64,000 nucleotides of DNA from a virus. The DNA lies in IMG/VR virus record IMGVR_UViG_3300042691_015921; one strand, 5' to 3'. Under the pieces are notes generated by a model that worked only from the letters and a program-made list of their open reading frames with translations, ran no database searches and was not told where the DNA came from. Made by a program: the position numbers and the translations under genes. Of this stretch, positions 46,215 to 52,303 are shown one piece after another (position 1 is the stretch's first letter; each line of letters opens with the position of its first letter).

Positions 46215-46475
46215 CTAGGCGTTGTCCAGTTCGTCAAGCCTCTCCTGATCGGCAATCCAACGGTCTGCCCTAGATTCCGGGAAAATACCCGAAAAGCTGG
46301 TCTGCTGCACCCACCCCCGATTGTGACTGAATCTCTCCACCGCCACCGCATCGGGATTCAGCCAAACCTTACGATATCGCTTCCCGCGAGTCCCGCCGTC
46401 AAGCCACGCCTCATATTCGGCCCGGTCCTCATACGTCTGCAATTCCGCAAACTGTCCGAAAGTGAAGTTGTCCAT
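46215..46475 (-). CDS. hypothetical protein
   Basis: Promoter 46505-46532 upstream. Confidence 0.7.
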   Translation of the reverse strand: MDNFTFGQFAELQTYEDRAEYEAWLDGGTRGKRYRKVWLNPDAVAVERFSHNRGWVQQTSFSGIFPESRADRWIADQERLDELDNA

Positions 46476-46528
46476 TGTTTTTTCCCTTTACTGGTGATTC
46501 TGGGATTCTACCACACTTTTCGGTTTCG

Positions 46529-46744
46529 TCAAGCTATTTCTTTGTGTGCTTCCCACGCATCGGCAATATTCTTCGACCGGATGAAGTCCCTATATCCCAA
46601 TTCAATTCGAACAACATTATCGACGCTTGCGGGGTTTTCCACGAAAGCCGCCAATTCTTTCATGAGGCTTTTCGCTTCCGCCACCGCCTTGTTCATATAG
46701 ATACGGTGGCAACGATCCAACTTCTCGTTGATATCCATGTTCAA
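46529..46744 (-). CDS. hypothetical protein
   Basis: RBS GGAGG; promoters 46762-46789 and 46839-46866. Confidence 0.7.
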   Translation of the reverse strand: MNMDINEKLDRCHRIYMNKAVAEAKSLMKELAAFVENPASVDNVVRIELGYRDFIRSKNIADAWEAHKEIA

Positions 46745-46867
46745 CCTCCGGGGGTGTTTCTATCTTACACTATCGGAAATCGTTGTCAAGCGGTTTTCTT
46801 CGTCGTGCCGTTGAATCCTTCCCATGTGTTGTATCGGCATTTTACTCCCCCGACATGACTTTGCAAG

Positions 46868-47041
46868 CTTACAAAACTGTAAGGTTCCTAACGACATTGT
46901 AAGCTGTCATTTTGGCAGTTGGCATGGGATTTGCTAGCCGCCATATTGGCAGGGCGATTGGCACACGGTTTGCTGTGGCCTGCCATTTTGGCATTGGCAC
47001 GGCATTTGCGAGCGGCCCAAAGCGGCCGCTCCGCAGCGGCC
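46868..47041. repeat. regulatory island 5: CTTAC-N6-GTAAG, three alternating palindrome/sigma54 units, hairpin
   Basis: Palindromes 46904, 46938, 46980; sigma54 + at 46920, 46959, 46995; hairpin 47010-47031. Confidence 0.85.
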
Positions 47042-47135
47042 ATTAGCCTTTATTCTCCCGTGCCCTTTTTGGAGTTCCGCCGCGTCCATCCGGGGTTAGG
47101 GGGGCGGTTTCCCGCTCCCCCTGTCCCCTGGAAGT

Positions 47136-47336
47136 TTATCCTACGCGAGTCATGAAAACCCTTGCGATTCCGCAAGTCGAGATGCTCCATCCCTGCTCGT
47201 CCCAAATCCACGGAGGAAGCCCCTTCGCGTCGGGCGGGAAATACCCGTCAACGTGGATCATCCGATCATCCCCTTCCATCCGCTGGACGGCACAGCCATC
47301 CTCTTCAAGCCGCTTGATCATTTGTTCGACGGTCAT
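47136..47336 (-). CDS. hypothetical protein
   Basis: Start trimmed to MTVEQ; promoter 47357-47384. Confidence 0.65.
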   Translation of the reverse strand: MTVEQMIKRLEEDGCAVQRMEGDDRMIHVDGYFPPDAKGLPPWIWDEQGWSISTCGIARVFMTRVG

Positions 47337-47419
47337 GATTGAACCCTTCGGGTGAGAGTGTACCAGATTTTCCAGCCCCGGCAAGGGGAGGGGCGGTTTC
47401 CCGCCCCTCCCCGTTTGGG

Positions 47420-47935
47420 TCAGCCGATGATGTACTCCGAACCTTTCATCCGAATCGACCGGATGTTCTCCACCGCGAAATCCCGGAGCATGATAGCCTT
47501 TTCCGTTCCCTGCCGACCACTGTGGCGGGCGGGCGGAAGCCACTTCGCCACTTCCTCCGGGTCCACGGGGGAAAGGTCGGGCATGATGTAGGCGATAACG
47601 TCGCTCCGCTCCACCTTCGCTTCGATGTACCACTTATCCTTATGGTAGACGAGAGGCGTGCCCGCGATCCGCTCCCCCCACTTCCGGGGTTCCGCGATGA
47701 AATCGGCCACCATCCCCTCACGCTCCCGCTGCCGGTTGACGGCAGACTCATAATTGAAATTGAGAACCCCGTTGACCTTGCGGACAAGCCGCAGACCGGG
47801 GTACGGGTTGCCAGCCCGCAAACGCGGTTCCGTGGATGCCACGAAGGAAACCATCGTCGCACCTTTCACGGAGTGAAGCATGGCGATAAGATCGGACGCA
47901 GAGATACCGATACGATTCGCAATCGTCGCAGACAT
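47420..47935 (-). CDS. phage protein with possible Sm/SH3 (WYL_2-like) fold
   Basis: NPY....K.NG....NYE.AVN.QREREG, WG, HK.K.Y, RDFAVENIRSI. Confidence 0.75.
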   Translation of the reverse strand: MSATIANRIGISASDLIAMLHSVKGATMVSFVASTEPRLRAGNPYPGLRLVRKVNGVLNFNYESAVNRQREREGMVADFIAEPRKWGERIAGTPLVYHKDKWYIEAKVERSDVIAYIMPDLSPVDPEEVAKWLPPARHSGRQGTEKAIMLRDFAVENIRSIRMKGSEYIIG

Positions 47936-47983
47936 TGTGAAATCCTCTTGAGTGTCGCGGGTTTTCCTCCCCGCGATGGTGTC

Positions 47984-48024
47984 ATTCTACCATCTATCAT
48001 CGGCGTGTCAACACCCCGACTTGA
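47984..48024 (-). promoter_or_regulatory. nested sigma70 (TTGACA-N16-TAGAAT) / sigma28 (TCAAG-N15-GCCGATGA) promoter
   Basis: Direct reading. Confidence 0.8.
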
Positions 48025-48026
48025 AG

Positions 48027-48272
48027 CTTACGGGATTGTAAGGTTCTCCCTTTGGCACAGCATTTGCTAGCAGCGGTATTACTATTCCTTTACTATCGTG
48101 TTACTATTCTTTTACTATCTGTTACTGTCATTTTGGCAGGATAGTAAACGTGTGCAAGTCCCGTGCCATTTGCCCTGCCATTTTGACACTGCCATTTTGA
48201 CAGCACTGCAACTCCCGTGCCAAACCGACTGCCATTTTGACAGCCGCCCAAAGCGGCGGCTGCGTTGCGGCC
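48027..48272. repeat. regulatory island 6: sigma54 motifs, four TG(C/T)CA-TTT-TG(G/A)CA palindromes, phased TTACTAT repeats, covariant hairpin
   Basis: sigma54 +48053, -48153, -48207; palindromes 48125, 48175, 48189, 48229; hairpin CAGCCGCC-CAAAGC-GGCGGCTG 48241-48262. Confidence 0.85.
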
Positions 48273-48398
48273 ATAAGCGTGGTTTTCGCGGGTTGTGATC
48301 GCTCTAAAAGCCATAATCTCCCCTATTCCCTACTAGAAGTCCCGTCGCGTCCATCCGGGTCAGGGGGGCGGTTTCCCGCCCCCCATGCCCCGTGCGGA

Positions 48399-48569
48399 CT
48401 ACTTCTTCCCGTCCTCCAGGGTGCGGAGAACCTTGTCCCTCTTGATCTGGTATTTCAGATCCTTGAGGACATACAAAACCATTCCCGCCTCATGGGAGGT
48501 CAGTTGGCGGCGAGAGTTCGCCACCTCCGTCAGCAGACGGATCGCATCATCCACGGTCAGGGAGTCCAT
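48399..48569 (-). CDS. hypothetical protein
   Basis: Start MDSLTV after AAAGG. Confidence 0.65.
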   Translation of the reverse strand: MDSLTVDDAIRLLTEVANSRRQLTSHEAGMVLYVLKDLKYQIKRDKVLRTLEDGKK

Positions 48570-48651
48570 GATTGAACCTTTCGCGTGAAACGTGAAACCC
48601 TTTTCCCCGTCCGGGGAGGGGGGAAACGCTCCCCCCTCCCCATTGTGCGGG

Positions 48652-48930
48652 TCAAGCCCGCACGAACCTACCATTACTCGCCCGCATCATCTTCCGAACT
48701 ACGGGGTAGACTTGCTTGCCACCCTCGCAAACCTTGACGATATTACGGAGGGTGAATGTACGATACGGCCCACGAATGTCGTCAGCCGGAATGCCGTCAA
48801 TCTTGAACAACTGATAGGGTCCGTTCTTGCCCTGATGCACCGGGCCAATCCAGTGGCCCGAATAGGTGGTGACGATGCCATTCTTTACGTACCACACCTG
48901 CGTTTTGACATTTTCCACGATTGCGGACAC
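48652..48930 (-). CDS. small SH3/WYL-like protein
   Basis: GTG start (MSAIVENVK); GKNGPY...YRTFTLRNI. Confidence 0.7.
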   Translation of the reverse strand: MSAIVENVKTQVWYVKNGIVTTYSGHWIGPVHQGKNGPYQLFKIDGIPADDIRGPYRTFTLRNIVKVCEGGKQVYPVVRKMMRASNGRFVRA

Positions 48931-49031
48931 TGTAAAACCCTTTCGTATTGGGAAAACTCCCCACCTTCCCACCCCCTAACGCTAGGGGAGGGGAGGGTAG
49001 GGAGGGGGCTTTCGCCCCCTCCCGATCCCCG

Positions 49032-49379
49032 TCACCCGTAGAACGGGCTTTCCCGATCCTCTTCGGCCTTTTCCATCTGGGCCGAATAGGCCACGACCAG
49101 TGCTTCCAGCCGTTCCTCCGATCCGGGCTTCCCAACGGGAACGATCATGCCATCGTCCCAACCCTTGAACCGCTTGCTGACCTTGACCTTGACCTTCCGG
49201 GCCTTGGGAACCCGGCGGGTCACTTCCGTCCGAAGGTAGGGACCGTCGTCCGTCCAGACCATGCCCAGCGTAGTCTCCACGAACGGAATCCCTGCCGCCG
49301 CCGCTGCCGCAAACAATTCTTCGGGCTTGTGAACCTTGACCAATTCCGTGCCGGTGACGATGGAAAAGATGGCAGACAT
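49032..49379 (-). CDS. hypothetical protein, first gene of leftward early region
   Basis: MSAIFS..., GKPGSEER..AL...Y...ESPF; RBS AAGGGG. Confidence 0.75.
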   Translation of the reverse strand: MSAIFSIVTGTELVKVHKPEELFAAAAAAGIPFVETTLGMVWTDDGPYLRTEVTRRVPKARKVKVKVSKRFKGWDDGMIVPVGKPGSEERLEALVVAYSAQMEKAEEDRESPFYG

Positions 49380-49439
49380 TGTAGAACCCCTTGAAGTAGG
49401 AAACCGATCCGAGGGACGCCCCCCGTGCCGAATAGCATA

Positions 49440-49576
49440 TGCACTCCCCGTGCCGAAACAAAAAAAATCCTAAGTCTAATCGTGGTAAGGGTTTACGATT
49501 TATGCCATTATGGCAGATTTCACAAAAACAGTGAGACGTTCACAAAAATTGTGAATCGCCTCCCAAAAATTGTGAA
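49440..49576 (-). promoter_or_regulatory. candidate sigma54 promoter with IHF-like site and upstream palindromes
   Basis: CGGCACGGGGAGTGCA 49440-49455; TAAGGGTTTA 49486-49495; TGCCATTATGGCA 49503-49515; TTCACAA-N3-TTGTGAA x3 49519-49576. Confidence 0.6.
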
Positions 49577-49707
49577 TCGCTCACCGATACGGGGAACGTG
49601 CATGGCGGGGGGTTTTCCGTTCAATCGGCAGGAGTCTGGCGAGATCGTCGCGGGCCGGGGGGGTTTTTCCGCAATATCCCTCTAGCTTAGTTAATGTATT
49701 GCCTCTA

Positions 49708-50169
49708 CTACGCTACTATATCGTTTCTTCCAGCCTCCGCAGGATGCTCCCCGCCAGGGGCGAGAATTGCCGCCCAAGGTTCTATTCCCTTCCTTATCCT
49801 CGCACGAAGGGCGTCATATGATACTACGCATCTTGCGTCTCTGCTCCACTCCGCAATTGTCTTTTTCTCTCCGAAGCAGTCAATAAATACGTTATCGGTG
49901 CGGTTATTAGCATTCTCTAAGTAATTAATTATGCGGAGGTTTCCCCGCGTGTTATTTAGACGGTTGCGATCCTTATGGTCAACAATCATATCCGGGTCAT
50001 GAACATCCATTATGTAGCGGTGCATTCTAATTTCATGCCCGTCAATCTTAGCCAAAGCATATCCTTCACGGTAATACCAACTAAAACGAGCAAGACGGGG
50101 ATAATCCTCCGGGCTAACGAGGGCATATTTTCCGGCCCCGTTTATACCATTAAGCTTAATTTGTAACAT
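49708..50169 (-). CDS. HNH homing endonuclease
   Basis: ALVSPEDY, MHRYIM...VDHKDRNRLNNTRGNLR. Confidence 0.9.
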   Translation of the reverse strand: MLQIKLNGINGAGKYALVSPEDYPRLARFSWYYREGYALAKIDGHEIRMHRYIMDVHDPDMIVDHKDRNRLNNTRGNLRIINYLENANNRTDNVFIDCFGEKKTIAEWSRDARCVVSYDALRARIRKGIEPWAAILAPGGEHPAEAGRNDIVA

Positions 50170-50363
50170 TTTATCTCCATTAAATCCGATTTTCGGGGTA
50201 TAATACTTTTGTAGATTACTATTTTCCTCTTTTATAGGAATGTATTTCATGAATTCAAGTCATTACGTCGCTATTCCAACTAGCGGACTCTCCATCGCGG
50301 TAGCGAGGGAGTTATTAATACCAGATCCTCCAAGTATCGCCAAAGGCGTAGAAATTATAGAAC

Positions 50364-50858
50364 ATGGAACCAACGAAGGAACAACAGGAAACGATCCTGA
50401 AAGTAATTGAACGTATTGCTCCACGCTATGTGTTTGGTTACTACGAATTAGACGATATCCGGCAAGAATCATATATTATATGCCTTGAGGCTATTAGTAA
50501 ATATGATAAATCCCGTCCTTTCGAAAATTTTATCTCAAAACACTTATCGAATCGACTCAAGACTCTCATTAGAGATAAATACTCCCGAAGTAAGATAGAG
50601 TCCGAAAAACATGAGAAACTTAATCAAACTAAAAAGAATTTAGTGGATTTGAAGAGTGTCGAGGGACAACACAAACTTTACGGGGATGATATGCTTGACC
50701 GGATTTCTACGCAAGAGGCTATGGAGATTCTAATGCAGAAGCTGCCGCCGTCAATGAGGAATAATTTCTTCCGGCTTGCTAATGGGGTTTCAATCCAATC
50801 TGCGAAGAAGACCGCACTGTTTGCCAAGATAAAGGAGATTCTAGGTGAAGACTGGTAG
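50364..50858 (+). CDS. phage sigma factor (region 2; probable late sigma)
   Basis: DDIRQESYIICLEAISKYD..RPFENFI..H..NRL. Confidence 0.8.
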   Translation: MEPTKEQQETILKVIERIAPRYVFGYYELDDIRQESYIICLEAISKYDKSRPFENFISKHLSNRLKTLIRDKYSRSKIESEKHEKLNQTKKNLVDLKSVEGQHKLYGDDMLDRISTQEAMEILMQKLPPSMRNNFFRLANGVSIQSAKKTALFAKIKEILGEDW

Positions 50859-51645
50859 ACTCTCAAGAGAAGAATGGGATTATATCTCAACCCATGCTGA
50901 AAGCTTAAACCCGGAAAAGATAGCGGAAAATCTTGGCCGGTCATTAGATTCAATCGAAAAGCATCTTAAGAAAATCGGGAAGACATTCGACAAGCTTGGA
51001 TCTTTTGCTGTTCAGGCGGAATATGACATTAAATCTCGCCCCTATTGGAAAGAATTAAAAGCACAATTCTCTGAGGATGAACTAGAACTATTTCTTTACC
51101 ATTGGAAGCAGATTATCGCACAGTTTCGTAAAGATGTTTTAGCAACAGAAGAGTTACAGATTGTAGATACAATAAAGTTAGAAGTACTCATGAATCGTGC
51201 TTTACGTGAACAACAGCAATCTATGGACCGCGTTCGTCTCCTTGAGGCGGAAATAGATATAGAGAAAAGACGGGATTCTGACCAACAAGATAAAGAAATG
51301 ATATTTAACCTAGAGAGGCAGATAGCAAGCCTTCGTGCTGCTAAAGAGTCTCTCTCAAGAGAGTTCAAAGATTTACAAACAAAAAAAGCCGCGATGTATA
51401 AAGACCTCAAGGCTACCCGTGAACAAAGAATAGAAAAACTGGAGAGCAATAAACAGACGCTTGCGTCTTTAGTAAATCAGATACTACGCGATCCAGAGTT
51501 TTTTGAACAAGAGGGCAAGGCTATGGAAAAGATGAGGCTTGCCATGGAACAAGAAAAAATAAGACTTGCGGATTATCATACCTATGGAGATGGCTGTATT
51601 GATAGGCCATTTTTGAATAGTGAAACTGTAATGTATGAAAAATAA
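50845..51645 (+). CDS. HTH + coiled-coil protein, possible terminase small subunit
   Basis: N-terminal GRLS.EE..YI...IAE.L.RS HTH, long coiled coil, upstream of terL. Confidence 0.5.
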   Translation: MKTGRLSREEWDYISTHAESLNPEKIAENLGRSLDSIEKHLKKIGKTFDKLGSFAVQAEYDIKSRPYWKELKAQFSEDELELFLYHWKQIIAQFRKDVLATEELQIVDTIKLEVLMNRALREQQQSMDRVRLLEAEIDIEKRRDSDQQDKEMIFNLERQIASLRAAKESLSREFKDLQTKKAAMYKDLKATREQRIEKLESNKQTLASLVNQILRDPEFFEQEGKAMEKMRLAMEQEKIRLADYHTYGDGCIDRPFLNSETVMYEK

Positions 51646-52303
51646 TACTTATCTTAATAAGATATGTACCGGATGTAGATGTACATTCTTTAATGTTAAA
51701 AATATAAAGCCTAGTCAATTTATGCGTATTAAATACTGTAATAAAGACTGTAGAATAGCTAATTCAAATTTTGCCAGAAATGTTAAAAATTATAGTGGAA
51801 CTATTATAAACAATATCAAAATTTTAAATCAAAATGGCAAAACCGCTGCCGGGACAATAAAATATGACTGCCAATGCTACTGTGGAAAAATTTTTAATAC
51901 GAGAGTCGCTAGATTAATTAATAAAACAACAACATCATGTGGATGTTACCAAAAAAAATTAATTTCTAAAATGTCATCATCAAGATGTAAAGATAAACAT
52001 TGGAATTGGAATCCGAATCTTACAGACGAAGATAGAATAAAAAAAAGAGATATACAGCAAATAAATGAATTAAGAAAAAAAGTATTTCTTAGAGATAAAT
52101 ATAAATGTCAATTATGTAATAATGATAGAAAACTAAATCATCATCATCTGGATGGATGGAATTGGTGTAAAGAAAAAAGATTAGATATTAATAATTGTAT
52201 TACATTATGTGAAAAATGCCATAATAAATTTCATAAAAAATATGGAAGAGGAAATAATACAAGAGAACAATTCGAAAATTTTAAATATGAGGAAAAATTA
52301 TGA
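51635..52303 (+). CDS. HNH homing endonuclease
   Basis: CQCYCG..SCGC, VFLRDKYKCQLC..HH..NCITLCEKCH; extremely AT-rich. Confidence 0.9.
   Translation: MKNNTYLNKICTGCRCTFFNVKNIKPSQFMRIKYCNKDCRIANSNFARNVKNYSGTIINNIKILNQNGKTAAGTIKYDCQCYCGKIFNTRVARLINKTTTSCGCYQKKLISKMSSSRCKDKHWNWNPNLTDEDRIKKRDIQQINELRKKVFLRDKYKCQLCNNDRKLNHHHLDGWNWCKEKRLDINNCITLCEKCHNKFHKKYGRGNNTREQFENFKYEEKL

Noticed and set aside
37029-48272. Repeats as a CRISPR array
   Set aside because: Copies are kilobases apart, separated by genes, not by 30-40 bp spacers; no cas genes.
37044-48272. Hairpins as integron attC sites or IS/REP ends
   Set aside because: No RYYYAAC/GTTRRRY boxes, no target duplications, no integrase or transposase in the window; several genes lie between copies.
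49519-49576. Rex operator (TTGTGAA-N4-TTCACAA)
   Set aside because: Half-sites are best conserved in the opposite arrangement (TTCACAA-N3-TTGTGAA); Rex-oriented pairs are degenerate, so the regulator is left unassigned.
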